Of a stretch of 64,000 bases of DNA, positions 27,812 to 40,060 are shown piece by piece; positions within the stretch are counted from its first letter, which is position 1; each line of letters starts with the position of its first letter. A program made the position numbers and the translations under genes. Where the stretch lies: NCBI RefSeq assembly GCF_009914755.1, contig NC_060928.1. One strand, 5' to 3'. Under the pieces are notes generated by a model. It worked only from the letters and a program-made list of their open reading frames with translations. It was not told where the DNA came from and searched no databases. Origin of the DNA: the human T2T-CHM13v2.0 reference genome, Homo sapiens.

Positions 27812-28290
27812 CTGGTTCACCAATATGTGGTAACCACAGTTATCCCAGTTCTTCATTCTTATAACTAAAAACATTTGGACACAACAAAACAAGAAGACAA
27901 CTCTGAAAGGTGGAAAGAGGAAGAAGGCTCATACCTGGAAATCTCAGGGCTTGAGAGAGACAAAGTGGTGAGCCTCATAAGTTTCTTTATTTCTCACATA
28001 TAGCCCAGGAAGGGCACTGCAGAAGCCTCCAACCTGGAACTGCCAACACTCACAGACCAAAAATAAAGCTCCACAAAAAGCATGTTCTCACTAGCAGAAA
28101 GACTGGAACAGGGTGACCTGACAAAGAACACGTATTTCTCCAACACCTGCCCTAGTTCAGCCAAATACCAGCAGAAAAATCATATAGCTTTACAAGATGT
28201 TGCCATTTGGGGAAACTAGGTGAAAGGTCCTCAAGTTCTCTCTATATTATTTCTTAGAATGTATGTAAATCTGTAATTATCTCCAGATTA
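27812..28290 (+). mobile_element. Old L1M fragments (5'-end-like piece joined to an L1MC-type 3' end)
   Basis: tttacaagatgttgccatttggggaaactaggtgaaagg...tattatttcttagaatgtatgtaaatct is an L1MC1/2-type terminus. Confidence 0.5.
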
Positions 28291-28472
28291 AAAGATTGAT
28301 TAAAATATCTTGTTTCAAGTTGTATGCTATATGCAGATTAATATATTTACCTGTGTGCTTGTATTTTAACAGATATCTAAACTGGGGAATAACAACATGA
28401 AAACTTGGGAAAAACTCATGAAACTTATATCATCAACCAGTAGGTCAGGGAGGGCAATTTTTATGTGGAGGC

Positions 28473-28992
28473 TGTATTAGTCAGGGTTCTCTAGAGGGAT
28501 AGAATTAATAGAATAGATATATGTATAAAGGGAAGTTTATTAAGGAGTATTGACTCACAGGATCACAAGGTGAGGTCCCACAATAGGCCATCTGCAAGCT
28601 GAGGAGCAAGGAAGCCAGTCCAAGTCCCCAAAATCTCAAAATTAGGGAAGCCACCAGGGCAGCCTTCAGTCTGTGGTCAAAGGTTCAAGAGTCCCAAAGC
28701 TAAAGAACTTGGAGTCCACTGTTTGAGGGCAAGAAGCATCCAGCACTGGAGAAAGATGTAGGCAGGAAGACTAAGAAAGTCTAGTCTCTCAATTTTCCTC
28801 TGCCTGCTTTTCCTTCTAGTCGTTCTAGCAGCTGATTAGATGGTGCCCACCCAGACTAAGGGTGGGTCTGGCTCTCCCAGTCCACTGACTCAAATGTTAG
28901 TCTCCTTTGGCAAGACCCTCACAGACACACCCAGAAACAATATTTTGCATCCTTCAATCCAATCAAGTTGACACTCAATATTAACCATCACA
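28473..28992 (-). mobile_element. MLT2A2-like solo LTR (ERVL)
   Basis: tgtattagtcagggttctctagaggg...caatccaatcaagttgacactcaatattaaccatcaca; TSD gaggc/gagac. Confidence 0.88.
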
Positions 28993-29467
28993 GAGACAAA
29001 GTACTTCAGAAATCATATAATGTATGCTTTTGTTCAGTGAACTTTTTATGAGCCTGTATTATATGCCAGGCCCCAAGAACAGAGAAGAAAGCTATATGAT
29101 GGCAGTTACCTATTAATGACTCATAATCTTCTGGTGAATACAAACATAAACCAAAATTGTATTATACAGTGATAAATACAAGTGCATATGAGAACACAAT
29201 TATGAGAGCAGAGCACAGGAAAGGAATGGCAAAGGTGGCAGCCAGTTCCACATATAGGTAGTTGACTCTACTTTGGCCCAAAAAATGTAGAGGAAGTACA
29301 GTTGATGGTGATTTTTGTATAGTTCTTCTGTTAAGATTACACTATACCCTAAGTATCTATTCTAATAACCACTTAGGTTAAAAATACCCTAAGTGGTATT
29401 TTTAAATAGTGCAGATATTACTGGTGGCATTTATTCACAGTTTATACCCATGTTCCAGTTCTATCTT

Positions 29468-29645
29468 TTTTTAATTATATATATATATATTTTTTTATTA
29501 TATTTTAAGTTCTAGGGTACATGTGCACAACGTGCAGGTTTGTTACATATGTATACATGTGCCATGTTGGTGTGCTGCACCCATTAACTCATCGTTTACA
29601 TTGGGTATATCTCCTAATGCTGTCCCTCCCCCCACCCCACAACAG
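29468..29645 (-). mobile_element. Very short L1PA4/5-like 3'-end insertion
   Basis: ttaagttctagggtacatgtgcacaacgtgcaggtttgttac...ccccaccccacaacag; TSD cag(t/c)tctatctt at 29456-29467 and 29643-29654. Confidence 0.9.
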
Positions 29646-30367
29646 CTCTATCTTACGAACGTCTTGTCAAAATGTACCTGCAAATTTTTAAACTAAAACA
29701 CATTAATAGTGTTATTTTAAAGATATGAAAATAATTTAGAAGACACTAACATCACAGATAATTATGAGAAATAGAATACTTTGCTGACAAATGAAATACC
29801 TGTGAGCTTAAGATCTGGAAAACATTCGAGTCGTAGATATTTGAATTAAGAATTATGAGTTAGAAAGCCTATATAAAGCCACTCAACCTAACTTTTATAG
29901 CGTTCAGGTGTTTTCTGTTTTCACAAACTTTATGTCGTCACTGTGTTCAAATTATCCTCACTTCATTAACCTTTAGATACTTACTTTGTCCAAAATAAAG
30001 AGTAATTTTTTTCACTGAAAAAACTGTAGATTAACTTTTTTTCTATATAAAGAAAATTTTAAGCAATTAATGCAAGTGTCACAGTCAATATCAGAGCTCT
30101 ATATGCCAAGCATTTGAAATAATTTATGTTACAATTTGTAAGTAATGGTCAGGAAACTATATTTTACAGAGAGACAGACTAATACACACTTTCTGGACTT
30201 TATCAAGAAATAGACAGATGTTTCATATACCTATTGTTACATATTCTAATTAGATCCAAATGATGTGAATGCATTAAGAAAAGTGATTATTAAAGCAGGG
30301 AATTTGGAAAAGCTTATTGCAATGGTTTATGATTCAGATAGACTTAATTGATGTAAATATATTTTTA

Positions 30368-30849
30368 GTAGCTGAGCTATCCAGCCTCCAAGACATCAAT
30401 GGTCCTGCTTCTTGGTATACACACCCTTGTATAGTCCAATACCATATTGTACCAGTGCTGGTTGTTTGACCAATAATAGATAGCAGAAGGGATGTTATGT
30501 CTTTGCCAATATTAGGTTATAAAAGGCATTGTGGCTTCAGTCTTGGTTGTTCTCTCAGATAACACATATAGAAGGAAACCATCTACAACTTGGGAATCAG
30601 TCCTATGGAAAGGCTCCCATATCAAGAAAGAGAGGTATTTTGACAAAAGCCAAGTGACGGGTTAGCAAAGTCTTGGATGACTGTTGCCCCAGCTAGTTTA
30701 ATGGCAACCTCATTAAAGATCCTGAACCAGAACCAACCAGGTCAACTCCCAGGTTTCTAATCCTCAGTAAATATGTAAGACAAATGTTTGATATCGTCAC
30801 CAACTAAGTTTCGGGGTGATTTGTTACACAGCAAGAGACAACAAATACA
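30368..30849 (+). mobile_element. MLT1F-like MaLR LTR
   Basis: ttaggttataaaaggcattgtggcttc...ctaagtttcggggtgatttgttacacagcaagagacaacaaataca. Confidence 0.7.
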
Positions 30850-31269
30850 TTAATGCTATGGGTTAAACATCTTGCTGTTTGAGAATGTTATAAATATATC
30901 ATCCAGAGTTCCACTTATGATAGATGCTATTTATTGTATAATTATGTACAATGTTCCAGATACTTTGTACAAATTATATGTACAACGTTCATAATACTGT
31001 GTATAGTGTTCCTGATACTTTACCTACTGGTTTTCAATTATCTTTGCAAAATTATTTTTATTAACTTTTCATTTCTCTTTTACTGAAGCCAATACAAATG
31101 ATTTATTTTAATTGAGGAAAAATTTTTATATACAGTATGTAGCCTTTTATGCTTAATCCAAATGAATTTAACACTGCTCTGAACTCTGTAAATTTCAACT
31201 CCACTGCACATTCACACGGTTGCAACATTAACACATAGAATTCCAGGTTAGTTCCTCCTCCCTCCTTCC

Positions 31270-32010
31270 CTTTCTTTTCTTATTTCTTCAACAAATTCTT
31301 AATGAATTTCTATTATGCACAAGACATTGTACTGGGTGCTGAGCATAAACAGTAAATAAAATATAGAGCAAAATCTGTAGTGAGGGAGCAGGCAATATAT
31401 AACACAAAAAAAGGAAATAGTGTGCTAAATAGTGGTAAGTGTTAAGAAAAAAAATAAAGCAGATAAGGGGGAGAAAATAAAGATAGAAGATAGTTTAATA
31501 TTTAAGATAGGGGAATTTTTGAAGGAAACTATTCAAATTCCACAGTAGTGAGAAGGTAGAATTTGAATAAGACCTGAAGGAAGAGAGGCAGGGAGTGAGT
31601 TTATAGACGTGGGAGACGTGCTTCTTAGCAACGGGAATACCATCTGCAGTGGCTATGAATGGGAAAGGGAAATGGTTATATCTGAGAAACACTCACTAGC
31701 AGCACAAGGGTAGAGATAATTAGGGGAAGATCTCTAAGAAGTCATATAAGAAAGACAGTTCAGGCCAGATAATGCAGGACTTGGAAGAAGAAATTTGACA
31801 CAGTAAGGACTGAATTTTTATTAGAACAAAATGTGGAGCCATTTGGAAGTTATTGAGGAAAGAAATGACACAGGACAAGTCTTATCTTTTAAAAAAATTA
31901 CTTTGGCAATTGTGTTAGAAATAGAATCAAAGAAAGAGGCAAATGATGAAGCAGGAAGAATAATTTAAAAGCAATTATAATAGTTCAGTGGATAGGTGAT
32001 GATGACCTAT
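31270..32010 (-). mobile_element. L2 fragment (continues at ~34060-34200 and ~36420-36640)
   Basis: tcaacaaattcttaatgaatttctattatgcacaagacattgtactgggtgctg is an antisense L2 3' end followed by purine-rich L2 body. Confidence 0.7.
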
Positions 32011-32019
32011 ATCACTGTA

Positions 32020-34050
32020 TTGTAATACCACTGTTTTGAGTATTTTTGCATCTGTGGTTATGAAGATATTGATTTATAGTTCTCTTGTTATGGTATTATT
32101 TTATAATGGCATGTGCTTTATGATTTCCCATAACACCTATATTTTCTTAACACCATCTATTTTCAAACAATATACCAATTCAACACTTACCTCATCAGAT
32201 GCATTATACTATTATTGATATACATTAACACACACCCAAATATATGTTAACATTAAATATATTTGTATGTATTTTATACATGTAAAATAATCCTCACAAT
32301 ATGTTATTACTGTTAAACAGTTCATTATCTTTCTAAAAATGGAAGAAGTTACTCATATTTTTTCATGTACTTATCATTTGGGGCACTCTTATGTAGATCT
32401 ATGTTTCTGTGACTATTTTCCTTCACTCTGCAAAATTTATTTTTACTTCCTAGTATGCAATTTTATTTCAAGTCTTTCTATTTGATTTCATAGGTACACT
32501 GGCGATAAATAGCTTCAGTTTTTTTTTCACTGAAGAGATCTTTATTTCACCTTCAATTTTCATGGATTTTTTTTTAAGATTAGAATTTGAGAGTGACAAA
32601 TTTATTATTTTCTTTCAGTCCCTTAAAATGTAATGCCATTTTCTTCTGACTTGCATTGTTTACAATAGGAAGTCTGCAGTCTCTATTATATTTGTTTCCT
32701 TGTATGCATTGTAATTATTTTTACTCTGAGTATCTTTATGATTTTCCATTTATGACTGTTCTTCAACAATTTGATTATTAAGAACATTGTCATATCTTTC
32801 TTTGTTGTTACCACTTGAGGTTACTTGACTGGTTTGGGTTTCTGGGTTGACATTTTTCATCAATTTCAGAAAATTTTTATTATTTTTACAAGTATATTTT
32901 TCTGTGCCCCCTTCTGAAACTCCAGTATCATATATGGTAGGACAACTTGACACTTTCCATATATCACTGAGACTCTTTATATTTATTCTCAGTTTTTTTT
33001 TTCATTTTATGCATCAATGTGTATATTTTCACTATCTTTTTTTTCAAAATTAAGTTTTTTGTTTGCTTATTTAGGATTTTGATATTTTTGGTAGTATATT
33101 ATCTGTTTAGTGAAGTTTTTATTTTAGATATTGTATTACTCAATTATAGAAATTCCATGTCTTCTTAATCATATTTTTCCTCATTATTTTCTTTTAAATT
33201 TGTGAATGTATTTATGATAGCTGTTTTAAGGTCCTTTATAGTAATTTTATTATCTTTGTAATCTCTGATTCTGCTTCTATAGATTGATTCTTCTCCTGGT
33301 CATAGGCCATATTATTCTGCTCTTTACTTCTCATAATTTTTATTGGATGTTGGCTATTGTGAAGTATTTAGATTTTCTGTGCTCCTTAAAAGAGTGTTGA
33401 TTTATGTTCTGATCAGCAATTATTTTATCTTGGAATCATCTTGATCCATAACTAGTGATGGTTTTAAATTGTGTTGTGATAGGTCTAGTGAAAACTTTAC
33501 TCTAGGGCTAGTTTAGCTCTCTATAAAAAGAGACACTTTCTGGGTCTTGACTGAATACCCTGAGTATTTAGTGAGGTCTCTTCACTCTGGCTGTTTAGAA
33601 TTATTACATGTTCTAACCCTCTTTGATCTCAGCAAGTTTTTCAGATTATATTTTTTTTAGCAATTGGTATTTGTTTGGGCTTATAGATTACACTCCTGGC
33701 ACTGCTCTACAGATCAATGGAGAATTTTCCTGAGTAGTTCCTTCTTAAGCCAGGACTCCTGAAAAATTTCAGCTTCCTCAGTCTTCCCAAACTACTATCT
33801 CTGCTTCATCAGCTCGGTGCGGCTCACATTGCTATTCTAATATTTCCCCTTGCTTCATTGTGTTCTAGAAATTCCCTTCAGGACAAGATTCTGTGCAAAC
33901 ATAAAGATGATATATTTGTTTCCTTTTTTATAAGTGTTGCTGAATTCCATTTTCTGACAAATAGTTATGGCATATATTTTGTCCCATTTTCCAATGTTCT
34001 ACACAACAGAGCCTAATCTGATGCCAGTATCACTGTTGTGGTCAGAGGCA
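32020..34050 (-). mobile_element. Old L1M fragment inserted in L2
   Basis: T-rich antisense L1M: tctttatttcaccttcaattttcatggat...ggaagtctgcagtc; L1-like minus ORF 32750-32953. Confidence 0.65.
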
Positions 34051-34252
34051 TGTGTCTCTGGATTCATTCTGAAGAGAGAACTGAAATGATTTGCTCATGG
34101 ATTAGACAAAGAGTAGCAACAATAACCCTAAGACTTTTACTTTGTGTACTTAGAATGATAAAGCTGCCATGAAGGGGACAGGGATCACTGTGGGAGAGGA
34201 AGGCTTTTTATGATTTTATGTTGGTGAATGGTATAAATACCCAGAAATGTAC

Positions 34253-36413
34253 TAATATGGGTTGGCTATGTCCCCACCCAAATCTCATCTTGATCTGTAG
34301 CTCCCATAATACCCATATGATGTGGAAGGGACCCAGTAGTAGGTAATTGAATCATGGTGGTGGGTCTTCCCTGTGGTATTCTTGTGATGGTGACCAAGTC
34401 TCATGAGATCTTATGGTTTTATAAAGGGGAGTTCCCCTGTAAATGCTGTCTTGCCTGCTGCCATGCAGGATGTGTCTTGCTGCCCCTTCACCTTCTGCCG
34501 TGATTATAAGTCCTCCCAAGTCATGTGGAACTGTGAGTCTATTAAACCTTTTTCTTTTATAAATTACCCAGTCTTGTGTATGTCTATTAGCCAAGTGAGA
34601 ACAGACTAATATAGTGAATTGGTATCAGGTAGTGGGGCACTGCTGTAAAGATATCCACAAACGTGAAAGAGATTTTGGAACTTGGTAACAGGCAGAGGTT
34701 GGAATAGTTTGGAGGGCTCAGAAGAAAACAAGATTATGTGGGAAAATTTGGAACTTCATAGAGACTTGGAGGTCTAAGAAGACAGGAAGATGTGTGAAAG
34801 TTTGGAACTTCATAGAGACTTGCTGAATGGCTTTAAACAAAATGCTGATAGTGATATGGACAACAAAATCCAGGCTGAGGTGGTCTCAGATGGAGATGAA
34901 GAACTTATTGGCAACTGGAGCAAAGGTGACTCTTGCTATGTTTTAGCAAAGAGACTGGTGGTATTTTGCCCCTACACTAGAGATTTGTGGAACTTTGTAA
35001 TTGAGAGAGGTGATTTAGGGCATCTGGTGGAATAAATTTGTAAGCAGCAAAGAGTTCAATATCTGACTTGGGTGCTGTTAAAAGCATTCAGTTGTATGTA
35101 TTCACAAAGATATGGTTTGGAATTGGAACTTATGTTTAAAAGGGAAGCAGAGCAAAAAGTTTGAAAAATTTGCAGCCTGACAATGCGATAAAAAAAAATC
35201 CCATTTTCTAAGGAGAAATTCAAGCTGGCTGCAGAAATTTGAATAAGTAATGAGGAGCCAAATGTTAATCACCAAGACAATGGGAAAAATGTGTCCAGGG
35301 AAAGTCAGAGGTCTTCATGGCTACCCTCCTATCACAAAACAGGAGGCCTAGGAGGGAAAAATGGTTTTCTTGACTGGGCCCATGGCCTGGTGGCTTTGTG
35401 CAGTCTTGGGACTTTGTGCTCTGCATCCCAGCCATGGCTAAAAGAGGTCAACATAGAGCTCAGGCTGCTGCTTTAGAAGGTGCAAGCCCCAGGCCTTGGT
35501 GACTTACACATGATGCTGGACATGTGGGTGCATAGAAGTCAAGAATTGAAGTTTGGGAACCTCCACCTATGTTTCTGAGGATGTACGGATATGCCTGGAT
35601 ATCCAGGCAGAGGTGTAGGGCAGAGGCAGAGCCCTCATGGTGAACCTCTGCTAGGGCAGTGCAGAAGGGAAATGTGGAGTTTGAGCCCCCACACAAAGTC
35701 CCCACTGGAGCACTGCCTAGTGGAGCTGTGAGAAGAGGGCCACCATCCTCCAGACCCCAGAATGGTAGATCCACTGACAGCTTGTACCACGCACCTTGAA
35801 AAGCCACAGACACTCAACATCAGCCTGTAAAAGCAGACAGGAGGAGGTGAATTCTGTAAAGCCACAGGAGAAGAGCTATCCAAGGCTGTGGGAGCCCATC
35901 TCTTGCATCAATGTGATCTGGATGTGAGAGATGGAATCAAAGGAGACCATTTTGAAACTATAAGGTTTAATGACTGCCCTACTGGATTTTGGACTTGCAT
36001 GAGGGTGGTAGCCCCTTCGTTTTGGCCAATTGCTTCCATTTGGACCAGGTGTATTTACTCAATGCCTGTACCCTCCTTTTATCTAGGAAATAACTAACTT
36101 GCTTTTGATTTTACAGGCTTATAGGTGGAAGGGACTTGCCTTATCTCAGATGAGACTCTGGACTATGGACTTTTGAGTTAATGCTGGAATGAGTTAAAAC
36201 TTTGGGGAACTGTTGGGAAGGGATGATTGGTTTTAAAATGTGAGGATATGAGATTTGGGAGGGTCCAGAGGCAGAGTGATATGGTTTGGCTCTGATCCCA
36301 CCCAAATCAATATTTGCTCCCATAATTCCCATCTGTTATGGGAGGAACCTGGTGCTAGGTAATTGAATCATGGGAGTGAGTCTTTATTAGCAGCATGAGA
36401 GCAGACTAATACA
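34253..36413 (+). mobile_element. THE1D-like MaLR provirus: 5'LTR 34253-34613, internal 34614-36276, deleted 3'LTR 36277-36413
   Basis: Two LTRs ending gactaata(t/c)a; THE1-int sequence; exact TSD tgtac at 34248-34252 and 36414-36418. Confidence 0.92.
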
Positions 36414-37279
36414 TGTACTTGTAAATGCCTTAGGCTTGAGATATCTGCCAGAATTATTAGAGATATACTGTGTTTGGAGTTAGATGTATAATTTTAAATT
36501 TCAGGAAAGTAATTCAGGATAGTGATTTAAACTGGGGAGTTGTCAGTGTACAGAATATATATAAGTCTTGAGACTAGGTAATATTCCTCTAAAGATCAAA
36601 TATATATAATAAAAGAGATGACAAGCAAACCTCCAACCATGGACCTATTTAGGATCACTTTAATGGAAAATGAATTATTATTAGTTGAATTATTTGTGAT
36701 AAAAATTATTTATTATACTCTAGGTTTTGTGCTAGTTAGTTAGTGGTACATAGAGTGGAGGCTTTTTGTTTATCCATGTACATGGAACACCAACACAGTA
36801 ATAGTGAAAAAAAAATTGTGAGAGAAAAGACTGGAAAAGATTGAAAATATTTAAGTAGATATTATTGAGGATTTGAGCTCAAATATATTATTCTTCTGAC
36901 ATACAAGATAATAAGTCCCTGGAGGACAAGAATATTTTGTTAAATTTTATTTATGTATTTATATATTTATTTATTTTGCATGCTCTGTGATTAGTTTGGT
37001 GTAGTAAGACCTAACTTCTATTGGACACATGGCATGAGCTAGGTGCTTATTTTAAGTACTTTACTGAACCTTATTTTGTTTCACCAAGAGGACACTGATT
37101 ATGAGTTGTACCATTATTAGTGAGCAACTAAGAAAAATAAAATAAACTACAAATTAAACTCTAACACACCATCAAATCTATGATGAATCTCAAAATTTAA
37201 AATGTTTGTAAGTGAAAAAATGCATCATAGAATATATATACAATTATACATATAATTGCATGTGTATATCTCTATATAA

Positions 37280-37280
<1 letters not shown>

Positions 37281-37330
<50 letters not shown>
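37281..37330. repeat. (ATCT)12 microsatellite
   Basis: Pure tetranucleotide run. Confidence 0.95.
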
Positions 37331-39639
37331 TGGAGTCTTGAACCTTTGCTAACTCTATGGAAGAAAGGGAAAAAGTAAAGGTAGAGAAAGAGAAATGTAC
37401 AAGGCAAAATACAAATGCATTTAGAACAGTGCCTGTTCTAAACAATGTGTAAATCAAAATTTACACATTGATTGAGCAAATACATTGTTCATCCTTTTAT
37501 TTCTTTTTAAATAAGAACTTATGAGAGACGTCCTGAAAAAGTTTTAGGTGGGACTAGTTCAGTTTTGGCCTTAATAAAATGTAATTCTTGGACTATAGCA
37601 AGAAAAATAAGTTAATTTCATTGCATTTGGTTCCATATTGGATTGAAGCTACTTCATACTGTGGATAATATTACTTTTAAGCCACGGATTAAAGTGATTT
37701 TTTGTTTGTTCCATACCAATCTAATGTTAACATTTTAATAATTGAATTTGAAATAATTGAATTTGAATTTAATATATTGAATTTGTTGTTTTTGTTTACT
37801 GAAGCAATACTGGTTATATCACAAGACTATAAATCACTTAGGCGATAATAAAGATGCTTCTATAGTATCATACAAATATAATTTCAGCATTATCTGTGGA
37901 TTTCATGAGAATAAATGTCATTTAAATATTTATTTGTAATAGTTTATATGTAATCATTGAAAGAATTATATTTTATATACATTTCCTTGTATTGAATTTC
38001 TATATTTTGCTTTTTAGTTCTACTCCTAAGTATAGCAGACTACTAAAGGCCTAGACTTTTAAATGAACCAAAATATTGTAACTCTTTTCTCATTAAACAT
38101 TTTCATCAAACATTAGATAGAAAATTAGAAAACATTTTTTGAGTTGATAACTTAAAATTCTGTTATTTTATAAAACTTGTATAATCTATGTCAGAAGTCA
38201 AGTAATATCTCCCTAAAATAGTAAGAATCATTCAGCAATTATTGCTTTTTAATTTGTAAATGTAAATAAGTATCAACATTTTTGAAAAATATATATCATA
38301 AATAAATCATCTTAGCTATATCAATTTGCGCATTTCACTAGAATAAAACTAGCCAACATAACATATGAAAAGAGCCTGAACACATGATAATAAAATTCAA
38401 AGGCCATTATCAAGGAAATGTTGACACTCAAGCAGTCAGTCTTTTCTCAAAGTTTCAAGTTACCATACATAGCGGTTATCCTGAGTTCACACAGGAATAG
38501 TGAGCCATGGGGCAGAGTATACCTTCAGGTAATATAAAAAATACAGTTAGATTCTTTTGTTTTGATCAAAACCTCCAAGGCAATGTACAGATGACTTCAT
38601 AACATAGTACAGTAGTTCCATAATTGCTACATTTACCAAGTTATCATAAGATATAATTTGTATTAAAATCCTTATAAAACATACTTCCTATTAATCTGCA
38701 GAAAATATACAGAGAAATTGGCAACTAATTTTTCCAGATAATGAGATAAGGTAATGTTTGGCAAGAACATTATTAAATTTGGGTAACTTGCATTTTTTTC
38801 TTTTTAATCATGCACTTGTATTATTTCATAACAAAATAACACAAATATTTATGGACAAATAAATGAAATGAGAATAGTAAGGTATGTATTACTGATTTTA
38901 AAATTGGAAAAAATACTTGGCCAAACAGAGCATAAAACAGACATTCAAAAATTTACTGATTAATTCAACTACTGGGAACATAAAGCTTTAAAGTTCTGAA
39001 ACATCACAAGAAATCAATAAATTAATCAGTAAACAAACAAGTAAGAAGCAGAGGTCAAACTAGAAGAAATATTCAACTTAAACATGTTGAAACACATACT
39101 TGGTGAAGCATTAATGATCATAATACATATAGTTTATATTAATATGTAACAAATGCTAAATTCTACTTAATATGAGAAGATGCATAAGAGACAATGTGGA
39201 GAACAAACAAAGCTGGCCTATTAACTAAGAAATGTATAATAATTAATAAATAAAAATGAAGGTACATTTTAAAAAAGATTTTACCTATCACATTTGCAAA
39301 GAGACATGCATCTTGAAATATATTTTAGTTTTCAGGCATAAATTATTTTCAAGCATAATAAATTAGTACTATTTTTGCAAAATATTTTTGAGTACTGTTT
39401 CAGATTTTTGTGTGTGCCATAGAGTGTGACACAACATTTACATTTTCAAGAATCTATCTTAAAAATTTATAAAAACAACAAATGTATTTTATATGTTTAT
39501 ATCAGTATGAATTGTATCAATAAGAAATTAGTAGTCCAAATCTCAGAGAAAAAATTTAAAAGATCACTAAAAATGAAAATATATAAATATTTAACTTTCT
39601 TTTTTCTTGGATGGTGGTGAAATTACAGGTTCTTTGCTT

Positions 39640-40060
39640 TAATGCTTACTTATCCCAATATCCATTCTGTTTTTCTTTCCTTAAATAACAGAACAGTGAC
39701 AATTTTACCTGGGTACCTGACCACCTAGTTAGAGACAGTATTAGCAAGCATCCTTTGCAATTGAAACTTGTCATGTGACTAACTTCTGTCCAGTAGGATG
39801 TGAGCAGAAATGATGTTTGAACTGTCTAATGATTATTTTAAATAGAAAATGATCTCCATTTAAGTCTGCTTTCTAACATTCAATGGGACTTTTCAGATGT
39901 GGCATGATGAGATTAACATCCTAAGGGATGAAGAAGCAAAAGTATAAAAGATACTCCTCTTCTTTCACATCACCTTGTATTACATAATTTTTGGAAGAGA
40001 ATGATACTATCTTGTTTAAGCCACTGCTGTCTGTTCTAAATTTAAAAGTGTAGCTAATAT
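39640..40060 (+). mobile_element. Old ERVL LTR (LTR33/LTR16-like)
   Basis: gcatcctttgcaattgaaacttgtcatgtgactaacttctgtccagtaggatgtgagcagaaatgatgt. Confidence 0.55.

Noticed and set aside
34712-34822. ~55-bp tandem duplication in the THE1 internal region
   Set aside because: As I recall this is part of the THE1D-int consensus rather than locus-specific; it is not CRISPR-like
34790-36332. Several ORFs in the THE1 internal region
   Set aside because: Broken remnants of the MaLR internal ORF and antisense noise
37737-37785. Short attgaatttg repeats
   Set aside because: Ordinary slippage in AT-rich DNA
38453-38528. 76-nt exon-like segment
   Set aside because: Weak acceptor (aaag), non-triplet length and no supporting context
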